A DNA stretch of 64,000 nt from the human T2T-CHM13v2.0 reference genome, Homo sapiens: NCBI GenBank assembly GCA_009914755.4, contig CP068257.2:8896001-8960000 (forward strand), read 5' to 3'. Of this stretch, positions 12,925 to 26,400 are shown in pieces. Positions within the stretch are counted from its first letter, which is position 1. Each line of letters starts with the position of its first letter. The position numbers were made by a program, and so were the translations under genes. Below the pieces are notes generated by a model, which saw only the letters and a program-made list of their open reading frames with translations, searched no databases and had not been told where the DNA came from.

Positions 12925-13649
12925 ATCCATTCCATTCCATTCCATTCCACTCAAGTTGATTCCATTCCATTCCATACCAGTCGAGCTGATTCCTTTCCAT
13001 TCTATTTCATTCGAGGCCCCTTCATTCCATTCCATTCCTTTCTGTTCTATTGCATTCCATTTCACTGCATTGCAATCCATTCCATTCCATTCCATTCCAT
13101 TGCAATCCATTGCATTCCAGTCGAGTTGATTCCATTCTATTCCACTCCCTTCCAATGCATTCCATTCCATTCCATTCCATTCCATTCCATTCCACTCGAG
13201 TTGATACCTTTCCATTCTATTGCATTCTATTGCATTCCATTCCATTCCATTCCATTCCATTCCATTCCATTCCATTCCATTCCATTTCACTTCATTCCAC
13301 TCCATTCCATTCCATTCCATTTCACTTCATTCCACTCGAGATGATTACATTGCAATCTATTGCATTCGAGACCAATTCATTCCATTCCATTCCCTTCCAT
13401 TCTCTTCGGGTCCATTCAATTCAAATTCAGACCATTAACTTCCATTCCATTCCAGTCCATTCCATTCAACTCGAGTTGGTTCTTTTCCATTCTATTGCAT
13501 TCCATTCCATTCCATTCCATTCCTTTGCATTGCATTCCATTCCATTCCATTCCTTTGCATTCCATTCCATTCCATTCCATTCCATTCCTTTGCATTCCAT
13601 TCCATTCCATTCCATACCACTCGAGTTGATACCTTTCCATTCTATTGCA
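12925..13649 (+). repeat. Copy 1 of a local tandem duplication (about 580-725 bp unit) within the HSat3-like domain.
   Basis: It is near-identical to 13650-14230. Lines 13321-13380 and 13981-14040 are identical, and the unique string caaattcagaccattaacttcc occurs only in these two copies. Translated ORFs on both strands share long identical peptide stretches, which supports the duplication. Confidence 0.8.
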
Positions 13650-14230
13650 TTCCATTCCATTCCATTCCACTCAAGTTGACTCCATTCCACTCCATACCAG
13701 TCGAGCTTATTCCTTTCCATTCTATTGCATTCGAGGCCCCTTCATTCCATTCCATTCCTTTCTGTTCTATTGCATTCCATTTCACTGCATTGCAATCCAT
13801 TCCATTCCATTCCATTCCATTGCACTCCATTGCATTCCAGTCGAGTTGATTCCATTCTATTCCACTCCCTTCCAAGGCATTTCATTCCATTCCATTCCAT
13901 TCCATTACATTACATTACATTCCACTCGAGTTGATACCTTTCCATTCTATTGCATTCCATTCCATTCCATTCCATTCCATTTCACTTCATTCCACTCGAG
14001 ATGATTACATTGCAATCTATTGCATTCGAGACCAATTCATTCCATTCCATTCCCTTCCATTCTCTTCGGGTCCATTCAATTCAAATTCAGACCATTAACT
14101 TCCATTCCATTCCATTTCATTCCATTAAACTCGAGTTGATTCTTTTCCATTATATTGCATTCCATTCCATTCCATTCCATTCCTTTGCATTCCATTCCAT
14201 TCCATTCCACTCGAGTTGATTCCATTCCAT
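13650..14230 (+). repeat. Copy 2 of the same tandem duplication.
   Basis: See copy 1. The offset changes from about 726 to about 660 bp along the unit because of pentamer-count indels. Confidence 0.8.
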
Positions 14231-17200
14231 TCTATAGCATTCCATTCAATTCCATTGCATTCCATTCCATTCCATTTCATTCCTTTCCACTAGAGATGAT
14301 TCCATTCCATTCTATTGCTTTCCAAGCCACTTCTTTCCATTCCATTCCATTCCAATCTCTTCGGGTCCATTCAATTAAAATGCATTCCATTCCATTCCAT
14401 TCCATTCCATTCCATTCCATTCCATTCCATTCCATTCGAGTTGATTCCATTTCATTCTAATGCATTCCATTCCATTCCAATACATTCCATTCCATTCCAC
14501 TCGAGTTGATTCCATTCCATTCTATTGCATTCCATTCCATTCCATTGCATTCCATTCCACTCGAGTTGATACCTTTCCATTCTATTCCATTTCATTCCAT
14601 TCCATTCCATTCCATTCCACTAGAGATGATTCCATTCCATTCTATTTATTTCGAAGCCACTTCATTCCATTCCATTCCATCCAATCTCTTCAGGTCCATT
14701 CCATTCAAATGCATTCCATTCCATTCGATTCCATTCGATTCCGTTCCATTCCATTCTGTTCCATTCCATTCCATTCCATTCCATTCCATTCCATTCCAAT
14801 CGAGTTGATTCCATTCCATTCCATTCCATTCCATTCCACTCGATTTGATTCCATTCCATTCTGTTGCATTCCATTCCATTTCATTCTATTCCACTCCATT
14901 CAACACGAGTTGATTCCAATCCATTCTATTGCATTTGAGGCCACTTCTTTCCATTTCATTCCATTCCATTCCATTCCAATCCATTTCACCCTTGTTGATT
15001 CCATTCCATTCTATTGCATTCCATTCCATTCCATTCCATTCCATTCCTTTCCACTCCATTCCATTCCTTTCCTCTCCATTTGATTCTATTCCATTCTGTT
15101 GCATTCCATTCCATTTCATTCTATTCCACTCCATTCAACCCGAGTTGATTCCCATCCATTCTATTGCATTCCAGGCCACTTCTTTCCATTCCATTCCATT
15201 CCATTCCATTCCGCTATTTTCGAGTCCATTCAATTCGAATGCATTCCATTCCATTCGATTCCATTCCATTCCGTTACATTCCTTTCCATTCCACTCGAGT
15301 GTATTCCATTCCATTCTATTGCATTCTATTCCATTCCATTCCATTCCACTCGAGTTGATTCCATTCCATTCCATTCCATTCCATTCCATTCCGTTCAACC
15401 CGAGTTGATTACATTCCATGCTATTGCATTCCATTCCACTCCATTCCATTCCATTCCACTCGAGTTGATTCCTTTCCATTCTATTGCATTTGAGGCCACT
15501 TCATTCCATTCCATTCCATTCCTTTCTATTGCATTCCCTTCCATTCCATTCCATTCCATTCCATTCCATTCCATTCCATTCCATTCGAGTTGATTCTATT
15601 CCATTCTATTGCATTCCATTCCATTCCATTCCATTCCATTCCATTCCATTCCATTCCATTCCATTCCATTGCTATCTTTCCATTCCACTCGGGTTGAATC
15701 CATTCCATTGAATTGAATTTCCTTCCATTCCACTCCATTCCATTACAATCCACTCGAGTTTATTCCATTCCATTCTATTGCATTCCATTCCATTCCATTC
15801 TATGCCACTCGTGTTGTTTCCATTCCATTGTATTCAATTCCATTCCATTCTATTCCATTCCACTCAAGTTGATTCCATTCCATTCTATTGCATTGCATTC
15901 CATTCCATTCCATTCCATTCCATTCCACTGGAGATTTTTTTTATTCCTTTCCATTCCATTCGATTTGATTCCATTCCATTCTATTGAATTCTATTCCATT
16001 CCATTCCATTCCATTCCACTCGAGTTGATTGCATTCCATTCCATTCCATTCCATTTCATTCCATTCAACCCGAGTTGATTACATTCCATTCTATTCCATT
16101 CGAGGTCACTCCATTCCATTCCATTCCATTCCATTCCATTCCATTCCATTCCATTCCAATCCTTTCTGGTCAATTCAATTCAAATGCTTTCCATTCCATT
16201 CCATTCCACTCTAATTGATTTCATTCCATTCAATTGCATTCCATTCCATTCCATCCATTCCATTCCATTCCATTCCACCTGAGTTGATTCCATTCCATTC
16301 TATTGCATTCCATTCCATTCCATTCCACTCCATTCCATTCCATTCCATTCCGCTCGATTTGATTCCATTCTATTCTGTTACATTCCATTCCATTTCATTC
16401 TATTCCACTCCATTCAACCCGAGTTGATTCCAATCGATTCTATTGCATTCGATGCCACTTCTTTCCATTCCATCCAAATCCATTCCATTCCATTCCATTC
16501 CATTCCATTCCATTCCATTCCATTCTATTCCATTATTTTCGGGTCCATTCAATTCAAATGCATTCCATTCCATTCCATTCCATTCCATTCCATTGCATTC
16601 CATTCCATTCCATTCCACTCGAGTTTATTCCATTCCATTCTATTGCATTCTGTTACATTCCATTCCATTCCACTCTTGTTGATTTCATTCCATTCCATTC
16701 CATTTCATTCCATTCAACCCGAGTTGATTCCATTCCATTCTATTGCATTCGAGGCCACTTGATTCCATTCCATTCCATTCCATTGCATTCCCTTCCACTC
16801 CATTCTTTTCTGGTCAATTCAAGTCGAATGTTTTCCATTCCATTCCATTCCACTCGAGTTGACTCCATTCCATTCTATTGCATTCCATTCCATTCCTTTC
16901 TCTCCACTCGAGTTGATACCTTTGAATTCTACTGCATTCCATTCCATTCCATTCCATTCATTGCAGTTGATTCCATTCCATTCCATTCCATGCCATTCCA
17001 TTCCATTCCATTCAAGTTGATTCCATTCCATTCCATGCCATTCCATTCCATTCCATTCAAGTTGATTCCATTCCATTCCATTCTATTGCATTCCATTCCA
17101 TTCCTTTCCATTCCATTCCACTCTAGTTGATTCCATTCCATTCTGTAGCATTCCATTCCGTTCCATTCCATTCCATTCCTTTCCATTCCATTCCATTCAA

Positions 17201-20200
17201 TACCATTCCATTCCATTCCTTTCCACTCGGGTTGATTCCAATCCACTCTATTGGATTCGAGGCCACTTCATACCATTGCATTGCATTCCATTCCATTCCA
17301 TTCCATTCCATTCCATTCCATTCCATTCCATTCCATTGCATTCCATTCCACTCTAGTTGATTCCATTCCATTCTATTGCATTCCATTCCATTCCATTCCA
17401 TTTCACTCCGGTTGATTCCATTCCATTCTCTTGCATTCCATTCAATTCCTTTCCATTTGGTTCCATTCCATTGCATTCCATTCCACTCGAGTTAATTCCA
17501 TTCCTTTATACTGCATTCCGTTCCATTTCATTCCATTCCATTCCATTCCATTCCGTTCCTTTCCATTCCATTCCATTCCATTATATTACATTAACTTCCA
17601 CTCCATTCCACTCGAGTTGATTCCATTCCATTCTATTGCATTCGAGGCCACTTTATGCCATTCCTTTCCATTGCATTCTATTGCATTCCTTTCCATTCCA
17701 TTCCATTCCATTCCATTCCATTCAACTCGTGTTGATTTCATTCCATTCTATTTCATTCAAGACCACATCATTCCATTCCTTTCCATTCCATTCTTTTCTG
17801 ATCCATTCAATTTAGATGCATTCCCTTCCGTTCCATTCCATTCAATTCCATTCCATTCCATTCTTTTCCTTTACACTCGAGTTTATTCCATTCCATTCTA
17901 TTGCATTCCATTCCAGTCCATTCCATTGCTTTCCATTCCAGTCCATTCCATTGCACTCCTTTTCATTCCATTCCATTCCATTCCACTCGAGTTGATTCCA
18001 CTCCATTCTGTTCCATTCCATTCCATTCCATTCCACTCAAATTGATTCCATTTCATTGTATTGCATTCCATTCTGTTCCATTCCATTCCATTCCATTCCA
18101 CTCCAGTTGATTCCATTCCATTCTATTGTATTCCATTCCAATCCATTCCATTCCATTCCAATCCATTCCACTCGAGCTAATTCCTTTCCATTCTATTGCA
18201 TTCTAGGCCACTTCATTCCATTCCATTCTATTGCATTCCGTTCCATTCCATTCCATTCAATTCCATTCCATTGCATTCCATTCCATTCCATTCCATTCCA
18301 TTCCATTCCATTCCATTCCATTCCATTCCATTCCATTGCATTCCTTTCCACTCGGGTAGATTCCATTCCAATCCATTCCATTCCATTCCATTCCAATTCC
18401 ATTCCATTCCATTCCACTAGGGTTGATTCCATTCCATTCTATTGCATTCCATTGCATTCCATTCCATTCCATCCGATTCCACTCGTGTTGATTAGACTCC
18501 TTTCTATTGCATTCCATTCCCTTCCATTTCATTCCATGCCATTCCACTCAATTCCATTATATTCCATTCAACTCTATTGCATTCCATTCCATTCCATTCC
18601 ATTCCATTCCAGTAGAGTTGATTCCATTCCATTCTATTGCAATCAATGCTACATCGTTCCATTCCATTCCGTTACTTTCTATTCCATTCCATTCCATTCC
18701 ATTCCATTCCATTCCATTCCATTCCATTCTAGTTGATTCCATTCCATTCCATCCCATTCCATTCCATTCCATTGGAGTTGATTACATTCCATTCTATTGC
18801 ATTCCTTTCCATTCCATTCCATTCCATTCCATTTCAATCCCCTCGAGTTGATTCCATTCCATTGTTTTGCCTTCCATTCCATTCCATTGCATTCCATTCC
18901 ATTCCATTCCACTCGAGTTGTTTCCATTCCATTCTATTGCATTCCATTCCCTTCCATTCCATTCCATTGCATTCCATTCAATTCCAATCCATTCCATTCC
19001 ATTCCACTCGAGTTGATTCCATTCCAATCTATTGCATTCGAGGGCACTTTATTTCATTTCATTCCGTTCTATTCCATTATTTTCGAGTCCATTCAATTCA
19101 AATGCATTCCATTCCATTTCATTCCATTCCACTCCATTCAAATCCGTTTCATTCCATTCCACTCAAGGTGATTCCATTCCATTCCATTGTTTTCGAGGCC
19201 CCTCTAATCCATTCATTTCCATTCCATTCTATTGCATTCAAAGCCAGTTCATTCCTTTCCATTACATTCTATTGCGTTCCATTCCATTACATTACATTCC
19301 AATCCATTCCATTCCACTCGAGTTGATTCCTTTCCATTCTATTGCTTCCATTCCACTCCATTCCATTCCATTCCATTTCAGTCCATTCCATTCCACTCGA
19401 GTTGATTCCAGTCTATTCTATTGCTTTCCATTCCCTTCCATTCCATTTCTTTCCAGTCCATTCAATTCCATTCCATTAAATTCCACTCGAGTTGATTCCA
19501 TTCCATTCTATTGCACTCGAGACCACTTCATTCCATTCCATTCCGTTCCTTTCCTTTCCATTCCAATCCATTCCATTGCATTCCATTTTTTCGAGGTCCA
19601 TTCAATTCAAAAGTATTCCAATCCATTCCATTCCATTCTACTCCATTCCATTCCATTCCATTCTATTCCATTATATTCCATTCCACTCGAGTTGATTCCA
19701 TTCCATTCTATTGCCTTCCATTCCATTCCATTTCATTCCATTGCATTCCATTCCACTCGAGTTGATTCCATTCCATTCTATTACAGTCACGGCCACTACA
19801 TTCCATTCAATTCCCTTCCATTCCATTGCATTCCACTCGAGTTGATTCCACTCCATTCTATTGCATTCCATTCCATTCCATTCCATTCCGGTTAATTACT
19901 TTCCATTCTATTGCATTCGAGGCCACGTCTTCCAATTCCATTCCATTGCATTGTATTGCATTCCATTCCTTTCCATTCCATTCCATTCCATTCAATTCCA
20001 TTCCATTCCAATCCATTCCATTCTATTCCATTCCATTCCATTTCATTCCATTCCTTTCCACTTGGGTTGATTCCACTCCAATCCATTCCATTCCATTCCA
20101 TTCCATTCCATTCCATTCCATTCCATTCCACTAGAGTTGATTCCATTCCATTCTATTGCATTCCATACCCTTCCATTCCATTCCAATCAATTCCATTCCA

Positions 20201-23200
20201 TTGCATTCGAGTTGATTCCATTCCATTTTATTGCATTCCATTCCACTCCATTCCACTCGAGTTGATTCTATTCCATTCTATTTCATTCCATTCCATTCCA
20301 TTCCAATCCATTCCATTCCATTCCATTCCATGCTACTCTAGTTGATTCCATTCCATTCTATTTCATTCCATTCCATTCCACTATATTCCATTCCATTCCT
20401 CTCGAGATGATTCCTTTCCATTTTATTGCATTCCATTCCATTCCATTCCATTCCATTCCATTCCATTCCATGCCATTTAATTCCATTCCATTCCACTCTT
20501 TTCCATTCCTGTTGATTCCATTACTTTATATTGCATTTAATTCCATTCCATTCCATTGCATTCCATTCCATTTCACTGCTTTCTATTCCATTCCATTCCA
20601 TCCCTTTCCATTCCATTTCTTTCCATTCCATTCCTTTCGTGTTGTTTGCATTCCATTCTATTGAATTCCATTCCATTCCATTCCACCCGAGTTGATTCCA
20701 TTCCATTCCATTGCATTTGAGACCACTTCATTCCATTCCACTCCATTCCATTCTATTGCATTCCATTAAATTCCATTCCATTCTATTTAATCCCATTCCA
20801 TTCCGTTCCATTCCATTCCATTACATTCCACTCCATTCCGTTCCACTTGAGTTGATTCCATTCCATTCTCTTGCACTCAATTCCATTCCTTTACATTCCA
20901 TTTCATTCCATTCCTCTCGAGCTTATTCCATTCCATTCTATTGCATTCATTTCCATTCCAAAACATTCCATTCCTTTCCACTCCATTCCATTCCACTCGA
21001 GTTGATTCCATTCCATTGCATTCCCTTCCATTCCATTACATTCCCTTCCATTCCATTCCACTCGAGTTGTTTCCATTCCATTCTATTGCATTCGAGGCCA
21101 CTTCATACCATTCCATTCCTTTCCATTCCATTCTTTTGAAGTCCATTCAATGCAAATACACTCGATTCCCTACTATTCTATTCCATTCCATTCCATTTCA
21201 TTCCATTCCATTCCTTTCAATTCGACTTGAGTTTATTCCATTCTATTCCACTGTATTCCATTCCATTTTATTCCATTCCATTATATTCCATTCCACTCGA
21301 GTTGATTCCATTCCATTCTATTGCATTCCATTCCATTCCATTCCATTTCATTCGAGTTGATTACAGTCCATTCTGTTGCATTCCATTCCATTCCATTCCA
21401 CTCTAGTTGATTCCATTCCATTCTACTGTATCCGAGGACACTTCATTCCATTCCATTCTTTCCCATTCCATACTTTTTGGATACATTCAATTCAAATGCC
21501 TTCCAATCGATTCCATTCCATTCCATTCCATTCCACTCTAGTTGATTCTATTCCATTCTATTCCATTCCATTCCAGTCCACTCCATTCCATTGCATTCCA
21601 CTCGAGTTGATTCCATTCCATTCTATTACATTCGAGGCCACTTCATTCCATCCCATTGCATTCCATTCTATTGTGTTCCATTCCATTCCATTCACTTCCA
21701 TTCCATTCCACTTGAGTTGTTTCCATTCCATTATACTGCATTCAAGGCCACTTGATTCCATTCCATTCCATTCCCTTCTTTTCGGATAAATTCATTTTAA
21801 ATGCATTCCATTCCATTCCATTCCATTCCCTTCCATTCCATTCGATTCCTTTCCACTCGAGTCTATTAAATTCCATTCTATTGCATGCCATTACATTTCA
21901 TTCCTTTGCATTCCTTTCCATTCCATTGCATTGCATTGCATTGCATTCCATTCCATTCCATTCCATTCCACTCGTGTTGATTCTTTTCCATTCTATTGCA
22001 TTGCATTAAATTCCATTCCCATCCATTCCATTCCATTCCATCCCATTCCATTCCATTCCACTCGAATTGATTCCATTCCATTCTATTGCATTTGAGGCCA
22101 CTTCATTCCATTCCTTTCCATGCCATTCCATTCCATTCCATTCTTTTCGGGTCCATTCAAATTAAATGCATTCCATTCCATTCCACTCAAGTTGATTCCT
22201 TTCCATTCTATTGCATTCCATTGCATACCTTTCCATTCCATTCCATTCCGCTCTAGTTGATGCCATTCCATTCTATGGCATTCCATTCAATTCCTTTCAA
22301 TTCCATTCCACTCCATTCCACTCGAGTTTAATCCATTCCATTCTATTGCATTCCATTAAATTCCATTCCATTCCATTCCACTCGAGTTAATTCCATTCCA
22401 TTCTATTGCATTCCGTTCCATTCCTTTCCATTCCATTGCATTCCATTCCATTCCCTTCCATTGCATTCCATTCCTTTCCATTCGAGTTGATTCCATTCCA
22501 TTGTATTGCATTCCATTCCATTCCATTGCATTCCATTCTATTGCATTCCATTCCATTCCATTCCGTTGTGTTCCATTCTATTCCATTCTGTTACATTCCA
22601 TTCCATTCCACTCGGGTTGATTCTATTGCATTCGAGGCCACTTCATTCCATTCCATTCTATAGCATTCCATTCCATTCGATTCCATTCCATTCCTTTCCT
22701 CTCCAGTTGATTCCATTCCATTGTATTGCATTCCATTCCATTCCATTCCATTGCATTCCATTCCATTCCAATCCATTCCATTCCATTGCATTCCATTCCA
22801 ATCCATTCCATTCCATTGCATTCCATTCTATTCCGTTCTATTCCACTCGAATTGATTCCATTCCATTCTATTGCATTCCATTCCATTCCATTCCATTCCA
22901 TTCCATTCCATTCCTTAGCATTCCATTCCATTGCATTCCATTCCATTGCATTCCATTAAATTCCACTATATTTGATTCCATTCCATTCTATTGCATTCCA
23001 TTCCATTCCATTCCTTTCCATTCCATTCCATTCCATGCCATGCCATTCTATTGCATTAGAGGCCACTTCATTCCATTCCATTCCATAGCATTCTATTGCA
23101 TTCCATTCCTTTCCATTCCATCCCATTCCATTGCACTGCATTCTATTCCATGCCACTCGTGTTGATTCCATTTCATTGCATTCCATTCCATTTCATTCCA

Positions 23201-23204
23201 TTCC

Positions 23205-23470
23205 ATTCCATTCCCTTCCATTTCATTCCATTCCATTCTATTGCATTCCATTCCCTTCCATTCCTTTCCGTTCCGTTCCGTTCCATTCCATTCCATTCCA
23301 TTCCATTCCCTTCCATTCCTTTCCGTTCCGTTCCATTCCATTCCATTCCATTCCATTCCATTCCATTCCATTCCTTTCCGTTCCGTTCCATTCCATTCCA
23401 TTCCATTCCATTCCATTCCCTTCCATTCCTTTCCGTTCCGTTCCATTCCATTCCATTCCATTCCATTCCA
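23205..23470 (+). repeat. Micro higher-order repeat (about 115-120 bp, 2.3 copies) carrying the CGTTCCGTTCC pentamer variant.
   Basis: The block cccttccattcctttccgttccgttccattccattccattccattccattcc… repeats in tandem. The minus-frame translation shows the repeating peptide NGTERNGREWNGMEWNGTERNGKEWKG. Confidence 0.7.
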
Positions 23471-26400
23471 TTCCACAGGGTTTGATTCCATTCCATTCTA
23501 TTGCATTCGAGGACTCTTCATTCCCATCCGTTCCATTCCTTTCTTTTACCTACCTTTCCATTCCTTTCCATTCCATTCCATTCCATTCCATTCTATGCCA
23601 TTCTGTTCCATTCCATGCCACTCGAGTTGATTCGCTTCCAATCTATTGCATTCCATTCCATTCCATTCCACTCGATTTGATTCCATTCAATTCTATTGCA
23701 TTCCATTCAATTCCATTCCATTCAAATACATTCCATTCTTTTCCATTCACTCGAGTTGATTCCCTTCTGTTCTATTGCATTCTTTTCCATTCCATTCCAT
23801 TCCATTCCATTCCATTCCATTGCATTCTATACCATTCCACTCGTGTTGATTCCATTCAAATCTATTGCATTCCATTCCATTCCATTCCATTCCATTCCAT
23901 GCCACTCGAGTTCATTCCATTCCATTCTATTGCATTTGAGGCCACCTCATTCCATTTCATTCCATTCCATTCTATCACATTCCATTCCATTCCATTCCAA
24001 TCCATTCCATTCCATTACATTCCATGCCACTCGAGTTGATTCCATTCCATTCTATTGCATTCCCTTCCATTCCTTTCCATTCCATTCCATGCCACTCGAG
24101 TTGATTCCATTCCATTCTATTGTATTCCATTCATTTCCATTCCATTCAATTCCATTGCATTCCATTCGATTCCACTCGATTTGATTCCATTCCATTCTAT
24201 TGCATTCCATTCCATGCCATTCCATTCCATTCCTTTCCATTCCATTCCATTCTACTCCATTGCATTCCATTCCACTCGATTTGATTTCATTCCATTCTAC
24301 TGCATTCCATTTCATTTCGTTCCATTGCATTCCGTTCCATTCCACTTGACTTGATTCCATTCCATTCTATTGCATTCCATTCCATTGCATTCCATTCCAG
24401 TCCAGTCCATTTCTTTCCACTTGAGTTCATTCCATTCCATTCTATTGCATTCCATTCCCTTCCATTCCATTTCATTCCATTCCATTCCATTCCATTTAAT
24501 TCCGTTCCATTCCATTCCACTCCAGTGGATTCCATTCTATGCTATTTAATTTCATTCCATTCCATTCCATTCCACTGCGGTTGATTCCATTCAATTCTAT
24601 TGCTTTTCATTCCATTCAATTCCACTGCGTTTCATTCCATTCCATTCCACTGCATTTCATTCCATTCCATTCAATTTCATTCCATTCCACACCAGTTCCC
24701 TCCATTCCATTCCATTCCATTGCATTCCATTCCATTCCACCCGTGTTGTTTCCATTCCATTCTACAGCATTCCATTATATTACATTACATTCCACTCCAT
24801 TCCACTCGAGTTGATTGCTTTCCATTCTATTCCACTCAAAGCCACTTTATTCCATTCCATTCCATTCCATTCCATTCTCTTGCATTCCTTTCCATTCCAT
24901 TCCTTTGAAATCCATTCCGCTCTATTCCATTCCATTTCATTCCACTCCAGTTGATTCCATTCCATTCTATTGCATTCAAAGCCACTTGATTCCATTCAGT
25001 TCCATTCCATTCCATTCCATTCCATTCTTTTCGGATCCATTCAATTCAATTGCATTGCTTTCCATTCCATTCCACTCGAGTTGATTCCATTCCATTATAT
25101 TGCATTCCATTGCATTCCATTCCATTCCATTTCATTCCACTCGGGTTGATTCCATTCCATTCTATTGCATTGCATTCCATTCCATTCCATTCCATTCCAA
25201 TCGAATTAATTCCATTCCTTTCTATTGCGTTCGAGGCCACTTCATTCCATTCATTTCCATTCCATTCCATTCCATTATTTTCTGGTCCATTGAATTCAAT
25301 TGCATTCCGTTCCATTCCATTCCATTCCACTGGAGTTGATTCCATTACATTCTATAGCTTTCCATTCCATTCCATTCCATTCCACTCCATTTCACTCGTG
25401 ATTTTTCCATTCCATTCAATTGCATTCCATTCCATTCCATTCCATTCCATTCCACTCCACTCGAGTTGATTAAATTCCATTCTATTGTACTCCATTCTAT
25501 TGCATTCCATTCTATTCCATTCCATTCCATTCCATTCCACTTGACTTGATTCCATTCCATTTTATTGCATTCCATTCCATTCCATTCGAGTTGATTCCAT
25601 TCCATTCTATTACATTCCATTCCATTCCATTCCTTTCCATTCCATTATACTTGAGTTGATTCCATTCTATTCTATTGCATTAGAGGCCACTTCATTCCAT
25701 TCCATTCCATTCCATTCCATTCCATTCCATTCCATTCTATTGCATTCCTTTCCATTTCATTCCATTCCATGACACTAGAGTTGATTCCATTCCATTCTAT
25801 TCATTCCATTCAATTCCATTCCATTCCTTTTCGCTCCATTCCATTCTATTCCACTCGAGTTGGTTCCATTCCTTTCTATTGCATTCGAGTCCAATTCATT
25901 CCATTCCATTCCATTCCATTCCAATCTTTTTAGGTCCATTCAATTAAAATGCATTCCATTCCACTCCACTCCATTCCAATCCATTCAAATATTCTCGAGT
26001 TGATTCCATTCCATTCCATTCTATTGAATTCCATTTAATTCCATTTCATTATATTTCATTGCACTCCAGTTGTTTCCATTCCATTCTATTGCATTCCACT
26101 CCATTCCATTCCATTCTATTCCCTTGCATTCCATTCCACTCGAGTTGATTGCATTCCATTCTATTGCATTCTAAGCCACTTCATTCCATTTAATTCCATT
26201 CCATTCCATTCCATGGTATTCCATTCCATTCCATTAGACTCGAGCGGTTTTCATTCCATTCTATTGCATTCGAGGCCAGTTCATTCCATTCAATTCCATT
26301 GGAGACCATTCCATTCCATTCGAGTCCTTTCCATTCCATTCCATTCGAGTCCATTCCATTCCATTTCATTCTATTCGAATCCATTCCATTCCATTCTATT

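Larger units (their letters stand above)
8726..26290 (+). repeat. Pentameric (CATTC)n satellite with the C-rich strand on +. It is HSat3-like and carries a recurring anchor motif of about 80-100 bp.
   Basis: Long runs of ccattccattcc are interrupted every 200-700 bp by ccactcgagttgattccattccattctattgcattcgaggccacttcattcc…tcttcgggtccattcaattcaaatgcattccattcc. Variants of caacccgagttgattcc also occur. There are many HinfI (GANTC) and XhoI/TaqI (CTCGAG/TCGA) sites. Confidence 0.85.
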
